From positions 7,006,001-7,070,000 of the forward strand of contig CDRNVU010000048.1 of the NCBI GenBank assembly GCA_977017645.1: 64,000 nt of DNA, in the 5' to 3' direction. Every line of letters starts with the position of its first letter. Position 1 is the first letter of the stretch. Position numbers and translations under genes: made by a program. The notes under the pieces are model-generated. The model worked only from the letters and a program-made list of their open reading frames with translations, ran no database searches and was not told where the DNA came from. Below, piece after piece: positions 1-12,799 of the stretch. The stretch comes from Torpedo marmorata. Its lineage: Eukaryota.

Positions 1-110
1 TGTAAACAAACTGTGCAAATACATAAAAATATTCAGTGATAAATAAGATGGAAAGTAAGTCCTCAAATGAGTCTCTGATTGAGTCTGTTGATTCGGAGGC
101 TGAAGGTGAA
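1..110 (-). mobile_element. Decayed Rex1/Babar-like LINE 3' end fragment
   Basis: 'aagtcctcaaatgagtctctgattgagtctgttg...ggctgaaggtg' resembles, from memory, antisense 3' ends of Rex/Babar LINEs. Short and decayed. Confidence 0.35.
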
Positions 111-154
111 TGAAAAATGTTAGCTTGTTTTAAATAAAAGGTCAATAACTGTAA

Positions 155-670
155 ACGAGCAGTTTGCAAATTCTGCACGAGGACATGTGGATCTCTCCAC
201 ATCTCCGGGCTGTGCAAATGTTCCCAATTTACATAATTAGCTTCTTTCCCCACCCACCCTTTAATGGGAAATTTCATATTTTTCCACATCATCCATTTTC
301 CAGATCTTTGCTCACTCGCCAAACCGAATCGCATCCTTATTCTGCTTCACAGCTCATACCCCGGCCTATCTTTGTGTTATCAGACAATTCAGCAACTATA
401 ACCTTGTCCGTTATTTACTGTCGACTCGGGCGTATAGGACTTTTAAATGTCCTAATTTTACCAGCCTCCACCACCACCCCAGCAGATTTTTTTCCAGACA
501 GCCACAACTCTCTATGTGGACGACTGATAAATGATGTTTCCCATAACTTTCCTCCGCATACATTAAACTGATAACCTATGGTATTGACCATTGCCACTCC
601 GAGTAAAAAATGTACTGCGTACTGATTCTATTTGTGCCTCTCATAATCTTACACATCTGAACTATGACCG
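155..670 (-). mobile_element. Decayed CR1 LINE fragments (RT and 3' end)
   Basis: Minus strand gives broken 'VAELSDNTKIGRG' (cf. FADDTKIG), an 'RLGEWAKIW'-like stretch and 'CKIMRGTNRI'. Many frameshifts. Confidence 0.7.
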
Positions 671-1070
671 TGAAACGGTGATATTTCTGCCCGCACAATG
701 GTGAACCTTCCCTCCATGCCTCGACAATAACTTTGAACTTGATTTCAACAAGAGCTTTTAAACGATCAAATGAAAAAGGAATTATCATTGAAATGGAGGT
801 TTCTGTGGTTTTATGATGAGCAGCTTATTTTTCATCTTCATTTTATCATCAGCAGCTTATTTTCAGGTTTATGAATGTGACAGATGCGTCACTGCAAGTA
901 TGATTGGGGGGTGTGAAAATAATTCGCAACTGAAAAGTTAACTTTAGAAGTTTAGAACGCAGGTTTTCGGATACACAAACGCTCAATATGTGTTTGATCT
1001 TACTAATGTAGATAAACCGAGATGTACGACATATTTTAACGAGAGGTCGGAGAGCTGGATGCAACTAGAG

Positions 1071-1314
1071 TGGCACGGTTAGTTTAGCGGTTAGCGCAAC
1101 GCTGTTACAGCGCCAGCGACCCGGGCTCGAATCCAGCGGTTTCTGCAAGGAGTTTGTACGTTATCCCCGTGTCTGCGTGGATTTCCTCCGGGCGCTCCTT
1201 TTTTCTCACCCATTTCAAAACGTACCGGGGGTGGAGGTTAATTGGGTGTTATTGGTCGGCACGGGCTCGTTGGAAGAAAGTGTCTGTTACCATTCTGTGT
1301 GTCTACATTTAAAT
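1071..1314 (+). mobile_element. tRNA-derived V-SINE (HE1-like)
   Basis: A/B-box-like head (tggcacggttagtttagcggttagc...gggctcgaatcc), V-core 'ggagtttgtacgttatccccgtgtctgcgtggatttcctccgggcgctcc' and a LINE-like tail. Confidence 0.85.
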
Positions 1315-1737
1315 GTAGAACCATAGAACGCCACAGCACAGAAAACAGGCCGTTCGTCCCTTCTAGTCTGTGCCGACCATTAACTACGACCATTTAACTA
1401 CGTTGTCATAAGCAGGAAAGTAAATGAAAGCATATCCGAGGAACATGAGGAGCCAAGGGATGTTGAAGTTTGGATCGACTGACTGACGTGAACCCGTGCA
1501 GTCGTGATGATGTTTGGTGGGTAGGACCCGGATCGTAGTGCCTGAATGTTTGGTAAAGGAACATCCTCCCACAGAATTTAACTTTCTCCTGACTATCAGT
1601 GGAATTGCCAAATAATGCAAAGTGATGGACCAAATGTCAATGAATAAATTTATGGAAACATTTCATGAAGCAACGCCATGCCCACGTTGGGCCGAACGGA
1701 ATTTTCCATGCTGTATAAATCCATGGCTTTACCAGTG

Positions 1738-2090
1738 GTTTAACCATATAATCATAAAACATTTACAGCAAACAAACAGGCCAGCTCGGCCCTTCGAGTC
1801 CATGCCGAACACATTCTCCCACCTAGTCCCACTGACCCGCACCCGGCCCATAACCCTCCACACCTCTCTCGTCCATATACCTATCCAACATTTCCTTAAA
1901 CATTAAAATTTAACCTGCATCTACCACTTCGGCTGGAAGGTCGTTCCACCCTCCTACCACCCTCTGAGTGAAGAAATTCCCCCTCATGTTTCCTGTAAAC
2001 ATTTCCCCCTTCAATCTCAATCCATGCCCTCTTGTTTGAATCTTCCCCACTCTCAATGGAAAAAAGCCTGTCCACATTGACTCTTTCTTT
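1738..2090 (-). mobile_element. CR1 (HER1-like) LINE 3' end
   Basis: ORF 1910-2101 'TRGHGLRLKGEMFTGNMRGNFFTQRVVGGWNDLP'. (aaccatat)n tail on +. Confidence 0.92.
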
Positions 2091-3149
2091 GAATGGGGCA
2101 CAGGTTTATATACACTTATCCATCTTTGTGACTGTTAGATTACTTTCTGCAATTTATTAGAAAATGCTCGCTCAAACCAATATCCCGTAGCATAGGAGAC
2201 TTACGAAGTGTATATTTCTGCAAAGGAAATATGTCAGCAGTGAGAGCAGGAATTCTTCAACACTGGAACATTATTCGAGCCTTTGATCGGTGACAACATA
2301 ATTTCTTTCTGCAGGTTTCGGCGGCTGAATTCAGCTCTGAATTTCCTGAGGCCTCAATGGAAGGCGTGAAACTGTGCAATAATAATTGAGTATAAAATAC
2401 TCCAGCGACCTGAGTGCAAAGAGGAGCAGATTGTCTCTCCCCCAGCTCAGCCGGTTGTTTGGTTGATCACAGATTGTGGACAACTTTCCGCTCGTTCAAA
2501 GGGAAACAGGTCATGGTGCATCCTTCGTTCCATGGTCAACAACACTGCAGGGCTCTCATGCTATTTGTGCTTGGTTCAAAATGATGTTCCTCTAACTGTA
2601 ATCCTCTCATCCGTACATGGTTCTATTTATCCGGCTGTGTGCAGTTTTAGAGATAACGGAGATCTGTTCCCAAAATATCCCTTCGCATAGTAAGAGTATT
2701 CTGTGACAATCGAGTTTAACCCTGCTTATTGACTTGTATGTTGCTACCCCTGTCGCAGTGTTGGTGGTTTCTGCCTCTCGTCTAGACCCAGCAAGAAAGA
2801 CGCCGTCGCTCTTATTAGTGGCTGTGAAAAGCAACCGTGACCGTCACGGCCACAGTTACTGCCCTTCGCCTTGCCCTGGAGAACGCCGTGTTCAGCTACT
2901 CTCATGTTCTTCTTGTGCGCCCGGAGCGCTGCTGGGTAGAAGTTAAAATGATTAACACCCAGTGTCGACAGGATTCTAGAGCTCAGGATGGTTTGCGAAT
3001 CGAGCCGCCTTCCTCTGGTGGGCACACCTGCACCTGCTGCTGCTCTTCCTTGTGGCAGGGAAAGGAGCGTCCCCTCGCCGTCTACCATTCATTTACCATT
3101 ATTCATTTTCTTATGCTCCGTAACATTGCTTATCGTACCACTAACATTC

Positions 3150-6100
3150 TTTATTTTTAAAATATTTTATTTAAAATTTTTAAATCACAAAATACATAAA
3201 ATGGAATATAGAATTTTCAAATTATTTGTGATACAATTTCACCCCCCCTCCCTCCCTCCCCTCCCCAAACCTCCCAACCCCACTAATCTAATAAAAATAA
3301 AAATATAAAAAATAAAAGTAGAAAAAGAAGAAGAAAAAGAAAGAAAAAGATAGAGTAAGGGGAATGTCAATCTATAAACTAATTCTATTATGGAGGTCAA
3401 GTATGCCAGCAGATCCGATATCTAGAGATCTTCAAATCCTTAAACCAACAACTTTCATATATGGGCAACAAATGTTTTAAAAGAAATGATATTTATTACG
3501 TAAATTATAAGTAATTCTTTCAAGTGGTATACATGAACGAGGTTCTGCATGCTATCTTTCTAATCCCAAATCTAAATCAGATTTCCAAGTAATAGCAATG
3601 CACTTCTTTGAAACAGCTAAAGCAATTCGCAAAAATTCTATCTGATACATATTTAGTTTCATCTTAATACTAAATTTTATAATATCTCCAAACAAATATA
3701 TCATAGGATCCATTGGAAACGTAATCTTAAATACTTTATCTAAAAAAAATTTAACTTTCAACCAAAAATCATAAACTTTTGGACAAAACCATGTACAATT
3801 TACAAAAGACCCTTCCTCTTTATTACATCTAAAACATAAACCTGATAATGTCGGATTAAATTTCTTTAATTTTTAGGTGTTAAATATAATTGATGAAAAA
3901 AATTATATTGTACTAGTCAAAATCTAACATTAATAATTTTCGTCATACTTAATTTACATAATTCTTTCCAATGATTTTCATGTTTTCTTACATTCAAATC
4001 TAATTCCCATTTTAACCTTGATTTATCCAAACCTACTTTTGGTATTTTCCTCTGAAACAATTTATACATTTGAGAAATAAATTTATTACCATCTCCATTA
4101 GTAACTAATAATTCTCATTCATTTTGTCTTGGTAAAATCAAAGCATAACCTAATTTCCACTCACAGAACCTCTAATTTGATAATAAGCAAAAAGTGTATT
4201 ATCTAATATATTAAATTTATCTTTCATTCTTTGAAACGTAATAAATTTCCCAGCTTCAAAACAATCACTAATCTTCTTAATTCCTTTTTGAAACAAAATT
4301 TTAAATAATTGATTATTAATAGTAAATGGAATAAGTCCATTTTGATATAAAGGCATCTTTGGAGAAATCAATCCTTTTCCTCCTATTTCCTTATCCGTCT
4401 TATTCCATATTTCTAACAAATGTTTAAAAATAGGCGAATTTTTCTTTCTTGTTGATATTAATTTAGAATCCCATTTATAAATAATTTATTCTTTAGCGTC
4501 ATCACCTATATTTTTTAATTCTATTTTAATCCAAGCAGGAGATTTAGCTGAGTCAAAAAATTCATTAACAAATTTTAATTGAGCAGCTTTATAATAATTT
4601 GGAAAATTAGGAAGTTGCAAACCACCTATTTCATAATTCCAAGTTAATTTTTCCATACCTACTCTTGCTAACTTTCCTTTCCATAAAAATTTCCTAATAA
4701 TTGAATTTAAATCTTTAAAACTTTTTTGAGGAATTCCATAAGGAATTGATTGAAATAGATATTGAATTCTTGGAAAAGTATTCATTTTAATACAATTTAC
4801 TCTTCCCAATAAAGTTATAGGTAAATCTTTCCAATTTTCTAAATCTTTCTTTATTTTCACGAATAATGGTAGGTAATTTAATTTATATAAATTAGCCAGT
4901 TTTGTATCAACCCTTACTCCCAAATATTCAATTCCTTCCTTTGCCCATTTAAATTGTGTAATTTCTTTACATCTACTATAAACCCCTTGTGATAATGCCA
5001 TAATCTCACTTTTATCAGAATTAATTTTATATCCAGATATTTCCCCATATTCTCTCAATAAAATAGACAATTGTACTAATGATGCAACAGATTTTGTCAT
5101 ATATATCAATACATCATCTGCAAACAAACTAATTTTATGTTATTCCATTCCAACTTTAATACCAACTAATTTGGAATCTTTTCTAACTAATTCAGCCAAA
5201 GGTTCTATCGCTAAAATGAATAATGCTGGTGACAAAGGACAACCCTGTCTAGTATATCGAGTCAAAGGAAATTTTGGAGAAATTTGTCCATTTCTGACTA
5301 CTTTAGCAGATGGTTCTTTATATATAGTTTTAATCCAATTAATAAATGTATTTCCCAAACCAAATTTCTCCAGTACCTTAAATAAAAAATTCCATTCTAA
5401 TCTATCAAAAGCCTTTTCAGCGTCTAATGTTAAAACTAATGGTAAATCTTCCTTCTTTTTATGTAAATTAATTAAGCTAATCAATCTAGCTATATTATCT
5501 TTTGAATATCTATTTTTGATAAAACCAGCTTGATCTACATGAATTAAACCTCGTAAATAATTAGCCATTCTATTTGCTGGTATTTTTGCCATTATCTTAT
5601 AATCTACATTTAACAATGAAATAGGTCTATATGATTCAGTTTTCAATACATCTCTATCTTTTTTTGGTATAACTGTAATTATTGCATTTAAAAAGGTTTT
5701 CGGTAATGAATGAGTTTCCGTAATCTGATGAAATACTTCCATATATTGAAGTATTAATAAATCTTTAAACTCCTTATAAAATTCTGATTGAAACCCATCT
5801 TCACCTGGAGATTTACCACTCTTTAAGGAAGAAAGAACTTCATTAACTTCCCTCATTGTAAAAGGTAAATCTAAAGAATCTCTACTTTGAGTATTTAGTT
5901 TAGGTAATGTAATTTTAGATAAAAATCTAGTAATTTTTGAATCATCTTGATAAATCTGAGATTTATATAAATTCAAATAATAATCTTTAAAAGAATCAAT
6001 TATTTCTCGAGGTTTATAAGTTATCTCTCCAGAGTTTTTTTTCCTTATAGCATTTATAGTTCTAGAAATTTGAACTTTTTTAAATTGCCATGTCAAAACT

Positions 6101-6420
6101 TAATGAGTTTTTTCTCCTAATTCAAAATACGTTTGTTTAGTTCTTTCAATTAATTTTTCCATTTTATATGTTTGTAATAAATTATAATGTAATTTCTACC
6201 CATTTAAATTGTTTCTTTTTTGAATTGATCTATTTTTTGTAAATATTTTTCCAAACATTCAATCTCCTTCTCAAGTTTTTCTACTTCCTTAAGATAATCT
6301 TTCTTAATTTTTACTGAATAACTTATTATTTGACCTCTTAAATAAGCTTTTAAAGCTTCCCAAATAATAAATTTATTATCAGTAGACTTAGAGTTTATTT
6401 GCAAAAATTCCACCAATAAC
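3150..6420 (-). mobile_element. L1-clade LINE, 5'-truncated, ORF2 RT with frameshifts (family A)
   Basis: ORFs 5140-6096 (KSPGEDG, YRPISLLNVDYKI, LDAEKAFD, RQGCPLSP), 4486-5127 (FADD), 4150-4419 and 3552-3761. T-rich tail and G-rich 3'UTR near 3150-3350. Confidence 0.95.
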
Positions 6421-7321
6421 ATTCTTATCCACATCATTAATATGCATGAGGATCAATGAAGGATACATCGTTGACTTCTCTGAAAAAGCACCATTCCACC
6501 ACCACTGAGCCATTTTGTATCACATATTGAGAGGGATTTTTCAGAGAGACTGACATGGATTGAGGGGAGAAAACTCACTGATATATCAGTGCGGTGCATA
6601 TGGGATTGAGCAGCTGAGTCTGTTTGACCTAATGAGTGAAAATAATCCGCGTGGATTCCAAATAATAGATCACGCAGATGATGCGCGTTGGGTCTGACAG
6701 ACAGTAAGCTTGGTGATATTCCATTGGTTGAAACAGTTATCGGATAGATGGAAAGTGGTATATTAAAGTTATTAATTAAACTATTTGTTTTAATCCTGTA
6801 TAAGAAACCCCCAAATATCCAATTTTCTCATCCTGCCAATCAACGCTCTTAGAGGAGGCACATCTTAGTCGCCAGTCCAATCAGTAAGGAGTGAGGTCTC
6901 AGGGCAGTGGTGAACCAAAATTGCCCAGAGATGGGAAATAAAATGAGGCCTGTGGTCTTAGTCTTCGCTCTGCCCCGCAACGTCATCATCCTGTGCCTGT
7001 AGCTCGTTGCAGAGTCAATTGTTGCAGATAATCGAAGAAAGTGGATTGTTTGTGAAATGATAATTCATCGAGTCTATAGCGTGTGGAATAATGTCAGCCA
7101 CAGCACAATCATATTCATTTACAGAGTGAATCCCTACAAGTTCAGGGAGCAGGATGAGAGCGCGATGAAATATCCGGTCAATTCAGCGTTTCCACGCATG
7201 AACAAAGCAACGCCCCCAACGCGACCCCGTGACGGTTGCAGTGTCTCTAGTCCAGCCTTTTCAGAGTTAAATTCCACTCTTCCAGTTCTTCTCGATTCTG
7301 TTGTAATCTTAGATAACCTAC

Positions 7322-7750
7322 TTCATTAATAAAGGTAGAGATGTGGATGCAGTGTGTATGGACTTCAGCAAGCCTTTATATAAGGATCCCCATGCAAGGC
7401 TTATCAACAAAGTAAGGAGGCATGGAATCCAAGGAGGTCTTTCTTTGTGAATATAGAATGATAAGACAGAGGGCGGATGTAGATTATTAGAATTCTGCAT
7501 GGTGGTCGGTGACCAGTGTTGTTCCGCAGTGATCTTTTCTGCTACCCCGTCCTTTTTGTGATTTTTATCAATGGCTGGGTGAGGAAGTTGAAGGGTTGTT
7601 TGGTAAGTTTGCCAATATCACGAAATTTGCTGGTGTCCTGCATAGTCTTTCAGGGTTGCCAGGCAGTATAAATGGACGTTGATAAGATGCAGAGGTTGGC
7701 TCAGAATTAGTAGTTGGAGTTAATACGTAAAACGTTTGAAGTACATTATT
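7322..7750 (+). mobile_element. Decayed CR1 RT fragment
   Basis: Translates to 'DAVCMDFSK...PHARLINKV', 'VTSVVPQ' and 'KFAN', degenerate CR1 RT motifs. Confidence 0.8.
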
Positions 7751-7764
7751 TCGCTACGTCCAAT

Positions 7765-8078
7765 TTATAACCATATATAACCATATAACTTTTACAGCAC
7801 AGAAACAGGCCAGTTCGGCCATGTCGAACACATTCTCCCACCTAGTCCCACTGACCCGCACCCGGCCCATAACCCTCACACCTCTTTCGTCCATATACCT
7901 ATCCAAATTTTCCTTAAACATTAAAATTGAACCTGCATCTACCACCTCGGCCGGAAGCTCGTTCCACCCTCCTACCACCCTCTGAGTGAAGGAATTCCCA
8001 CTCATGTTTCCTCTAAACGTTTCCCCCTTCAATCTCAATCCATGCCCTCTTGTTTGAATCTTCCCCTCTCTCAATGGA
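7765..8078 (-). mobile_element. CR1 (HER1-like) LINE 3' end
   Basis: ORF 7754-8074 'TRGHGLRLKG...FTQRVVGGWNELP'. (aaccatat)n tail. Near-identical to 1738-2090. Confidence 0.92.
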
Positions 8079-8504
8079 AGGCAGATTATATTATGGGATT
8101 GCTACGAGCAGTATGGCCGACGGAGAGATATTCGGTCCAGATATTACGACGCTCAAAGATATTGCAGAGGTTGATGGTGTTGGTGAGAAGATCCATGGCA
8201 GTGGTGCCCATACTACAACCCCCGGAAAACTGCGACACGTTGCCAAGTTAAGAGGCACATAGTGACTTTTTAAAAAAAATAAAATGGATTATGGCCCTTT
8301 GGAACATAGTCTCCAACGATAAATTGCAGTGAAAGTATATTACACTTCTTAGTTTCAACACTAGATGTCGGTGCCATTTTGAACAACGAAGAGACCGACA
8401 GTTACAACGTTACTCGTCGATGAAAACGTTTATCTCAGTTACAATAAATGTTTATATCAGTTAAAAAAATGTTGATCTCAGTTGATAAAACATGGCGGAA
8501 CACC

Positions 8505-8690
8505 TATACATCCCTCCTCCCCTTTATCGCTGCTGTCCCCTCATCCCTTCTCCACCTATTACCTTCTGCCTTTGAGACCGTATCTCCCCCTTACTCTTTT
8601 GCTCGGACGCCTGATCACATTTTTCCATACCTTGATGAAGGGCTCAAGCCCGAAACGTCGATTATGTATTTTTACCTTTGCTATATAATA
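8505..8690 (+). mobile_element. Penelope-like element terminal fragment with hammerhead-like motif
   Basis: Pyrimidine-rich tract followed by 'ccttgatgaagggctcaagcccgaaacgtcg' (8630-8660). Confidence 0.7.
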
Positions 8691-9099
8691 TGAAGGGCAT
8701 ATGGGAATATTTCAGAGGGAGCTAATTCTAATCGCATAAAATTATAAAGAAAGCCAAACAAATAGTAATGACTGTAAAAAATGTGCCGGCCGTTATTGTT
8801 GAGGATCTGGACATGTAGAGTAGTGAGGTATCCTTGGGTTCTTCCAGGTGTTGTTGATGCCATCCCTGGAACACTGCACACAGTTTTCTAAAAAGAAAGC
8901 GTTGTATTGCAGCCAGTTCAAATGAGGTTCCGCTCGCAATTCTTTCAGCCAGGAATAATTGCATTTGCGTCATGGTAAGCTTAGATTTAGGAGCTGAAGT
9001 AGCCCAATCGGCCCGTCGACTCCACGCCGCTATTTCATCATCAGCTGATCCATTATCCGTCGCAGCCTCACTCCTCCGCCTTTCCCCCATAAACGTTTA

Positions 9100-10210
9100 T
9101 ATCCTGACTATTCAGAAACCTATAAAGCTCTGCCTTAAGTACACTCAACCACGTGGCATCCACAGTTTCCCGTGGAACCAAATTCCAGGGGTTCACCTCT
9201 CTATCCATGAATAAATTCCTTTGCAACTCTGTTTAAACGGGCGCCCTTCAATCCTGAATTTGTGCCGTCTTGTCCTTCATTCGTCTGCCGTGGGAAACAG
9301 TTTTGCCTCATCTAAACTGTTCTGGTCTTTCAATGTTCTAAATGCTTCTCTCAGGACCCTCCCATTATTCTGAACTGCAAGGACCACAGTCCAAGAGCCG
9401 TCAGACGTTCTTCATATGCTAATACCTTCATTCTGGGAAGCATTCGTGTAAATCATCTCTGAACGCTCCTCAATCCCAGCATATCCTTCCTAAAACAAGG
9501 AGACTAAATCTGAGTCATGTACTCCAGGTGAGGACTCATCAGAGCCTTATAAAGCCTAAACATCACATCGCTTCTCCTATATCCGTTTCCACTTGATACG
9601 AATGACAATATTGCCTTCTTCATCACCGACTGAACTCGGAGTTTTACCTTTCGAATATCATGCACGAGGACAACCAAGTCCCGTTGCACCTCTGAATTTT
9701 GAATTTTCTCCATCAATCCAAATAATGGTCTTCCCTTCCCTTCCTAATTACAAAGTGCATGGCTGTGCATTCTCCAACATTCTGTTTCATTTGCCACTTC
9801 ATTGCCCATTGTCCTCATCTATCTAAGTCTCTCTGCAGCCTCTCCGTTTCCTCCTCACTACCTGCCCCTCCACCTATCTTTGTAGCATTTGCAAACTTAG
9901 ACATAAAGGCATTTATTACGCTATTTAAATCATTAACATGCAACTTTTAAAAAGTGGCCTCATCACTGACACCTGTGGTACACCACTGGTAACCGGTAAC
10001 CAACCACAATGTGATCCCCTTATTTCTACTCTCTGTTTCTTGCCGATCAGCCAATGCTCTACCATAGCAAATATAGTTCCTGTACTTTAACGGGCTATCC
10101 TTTTGTGAATGATCACTCGGCACCAAATATACAACTAGAAATATACAAATATACAAAGTCCAAATATGCAACCCCCCACTGCATATCCTTTGTCCATCCT
10201 GGGTATAGTT
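9100..10210 (-). mobile_element. Decayed CR1 LINE (RT to 3' end)
   Basis: ORF 9504-9716 'VQRDLVVLVH...RLYKALMSPHLEY'. SKFA-TKIG and VTSGVPQ-like motifs on minus. Confidence 0.88.
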
Positions 10211-11006
10211 TCCTCAAAAATGCAGTGGGCTTGGCAGTCTGTTTCTGTTTCCTTGGGGTTATGAAAATGAGGAGTAACGTAATTCAAGTATGCAAGATCC
10301 CAAAGGGAATTGGAAGGTGAAGATACTGAAATGTTTTTATTTGTGGGATGGTTATGAACAAGGATACTTAGTTAGAAAGTGAGGGCTAGTCAGCAGTGGA
10401 TAGAAAATTGTGCTTTATGAGGCTGAGGTGAGATCAACAGGTCTATTTAAGTCCAGGAATCGGCATATATCCACAATTACCGTCATCACCTTCATGTGAA
10501 TTATTCAATTTGCGAAGTGAAGTTGGTTGGTATCACACAGCGAAACGATTTAGTGGACAATGGTGTTCGTTTGACACATGGTTATGTCTGCCTTTGTTAA
10601 CGTTTGACCAAGGGACAACGATACCGTTTATTTAGTTGAAAATAAACTGTTTAGCATTTAAATTTCTTGTGTTTCATCGTGAAAGGCAATATTAAAAAAT
10701 AAAGGAAAAATAAAGTAATGGTGTTATTTATTTCTGATCAACTACATATTTATTTATTCAGAACTGCAAAAATATAGAGTAAGTGGCATGTCATTCTATT
10801 TTCAGTTGCAAAACAATAGTTGAAGGTTTATAATTAGGAACAACGAATTGGACCCTCCCTAATGCGTTGTTCAATTCAACGAATGACAATCGTTTTGAAG
10901 TGTTCTTTGGCAACTTGGGGTTTCACTCCAGTATACATAAGGTCTCATTTTGCCATCAGAAAAGCGCTCACTGAGCTCACAGATTCAAAGGCGCTTCTCT
11001 CTGAAA

Positions 11007-11076
11007 ATGAAACAGCCAATAATCGTACACGTGGAAAATATTTACTATCCTATTCTTGCAGCTTTTGGAGTTCCTG
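11007..11076 (+). CDS. GPR139/GPR142-like class A GPCR gene 1, coding exon 1 (MKQPIIVHVENIYYPILAAFGVP)
   Basis: ATG at 11007, 70 nt (23 codons + 1), donor CCTG|gtaagc at 11077. The phase-1 join to 13988 restores TM1 'YYPILAAFGVPANL'. Confidence 0.88.
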
Positions 11077-12159
11077 GTAAGCTCCCTATTATCATTTGCT
11101 GACGCTTTCAGAACTTTACCGTTTCGTCTGCAGCGTGCACACATTTTGTCCAGGATTTCCCACCGCTGTGATAGGCACAATGACGTTATTGTCTTAATCT
11201 GCAAAACGTACTGCTAATTAAAGCTAAAACCTAGTTCTAATGACTCCAGGCTGATTATCTATAGCAAATATAAATAATGAATAATTCAAATTATGTGTTT
11301 TAGCAGTTAATGGGGTTGTACAGTATGTGCCTTGAGAGACCGTTATGTGCAAAGGAAAAGGGAACGAAACCGTTTTTTCGAAAAGAGGACAGTCTGAAGT
11401 GTTTTTGAAACGCTGAACGAAATACCGTGTGTAATTGAATCAGTCTCGCCATTTCTGCATGCCCTATATACGAAATGACTGCATCTAAATACAGGAGACA
11501 ATAGGATCCACGACCTCTGCCAATGCAAGGTGCGCTGATGTCCTTCCAGAATGTACATTTGTACAGTCTTATGTGATGTATGCATCAATATTTGTGAAAT
11601 GCAAAGGGTCCATGTGAATTTATTGCGGGCGTATAACATATTCCTGCACTTTCTTCTTTGTTATACAATAAGTAGAATTCATTGGGTGGGATGTAAATAG
11701 TGGAGTTCAAATAAATTGAAAAAATACAATTCATGAAAATTAGCTGTCAAAACGCTCGTCCTTTTCTACCGTTGTCACATCGAAATTCGCCGTATCGTCG
11801 GCACTAACCTACAAAGGTGTTTCTCATGATCAGAAACCGATTCCAATCTGTGGTGTTTCATGAGTAAAGGAAAAGTTATTTCGTCTGATAATTTTTGTAT
11901 CTGGGGAAATTCTGTGGATCTTCTAATTCAAGAAAGTGATCCACGGATCCCATGACAGAACACACGTCTATGTTAGCTGTTATGCGCCTCACGTTCGGCA
12001 ACAGAGAGACGAAGCTGTAATTATATTTCTCAACACTGACCCCTTTTGCTCTTGCTTAAAAATGTTACGTCTACATTCTGCATAATGAATATCGAGAATT
12101 CGTTAGATACCTAAATCCAATTTGGTTTTTGTTTTTCCCAAGATATTTAAATTGACTAA

Positions 12160-12397
12160 TTTTTAAAAAAATTAGACATACAGCATGTTAACAGGACATT
12201 TCGGCGAATGAACTCGTGCCGTCCGATTACACCCAATCAACATAAAACCCCCGGTACTTTTCTAAAGGTCGGAGCAACCGAAGCCCCCAGGGAAAACCCA
12301 CGCAGACACAGGGAGAACGTACCAACTCCTTCCAGCCTGCGCGGGATTCGAACCCCAATCCCTATCGCTGGCGCTGTAACAGCTAAGCGTGCCGCCG
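12160..12397 (-). mobile_element. V-SINE (HE1-like), in intron of gene 1
   Basis: Reverse complement of the 1071-1314 family: 'ggaaaacccacgcagacacagggagaacgtaccaactcc' and 'gggattcgaaccc'. Confidence 0.85.
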
Positions 12398-12799
12398 TTT
12401 CTGCACATTTCGGCAGAAGGTACAGTCAACTACTTTAAAATTCGAAGAGTTAACAACTGTTCAGATATCGTCATCAATTTGTCTAAAATATTAAATGGAA
12501 TGCCTGTAGATTCACAATTCTAAGATTATAGATAGGATTCCGAAAGTAAGGTTTTGCCTTTGACTTAGATTTGATTCGAGGACAGACACTCTCGACATTT
12601 GTAAGAACTACTCAGTTAACAATTACTTTTTCCATGTTTTCAAGATTATTGGAATGTATAAGCAAGGGTTGGGGTAAATGTCTAGTAAGATCAAGGCTGC
12701 TTTGACTGTAACCGAAAGCAGCAATACCATTCAACTGTTGAGTGCCAAGTGCGTATTTCCTTACCCGCTTGGTACTTAACGGTCCATCTTTTTTTCTGA

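Noticed and set aside
1071-1140. tRNA gene
   Set aside because: The tRNA-like head runs straight into a V-SINE core. The same applies to the copies at ~12.3 and ~13.8 kb.
10932-10940. TATA-like elements for gene 1 (tatacataa) and gene 2 (cataaaaa, ~49117-49125 on minus)
   Set aside because: Non-consensus matches in AT-rich DNA that cannot be supported without TSS data.
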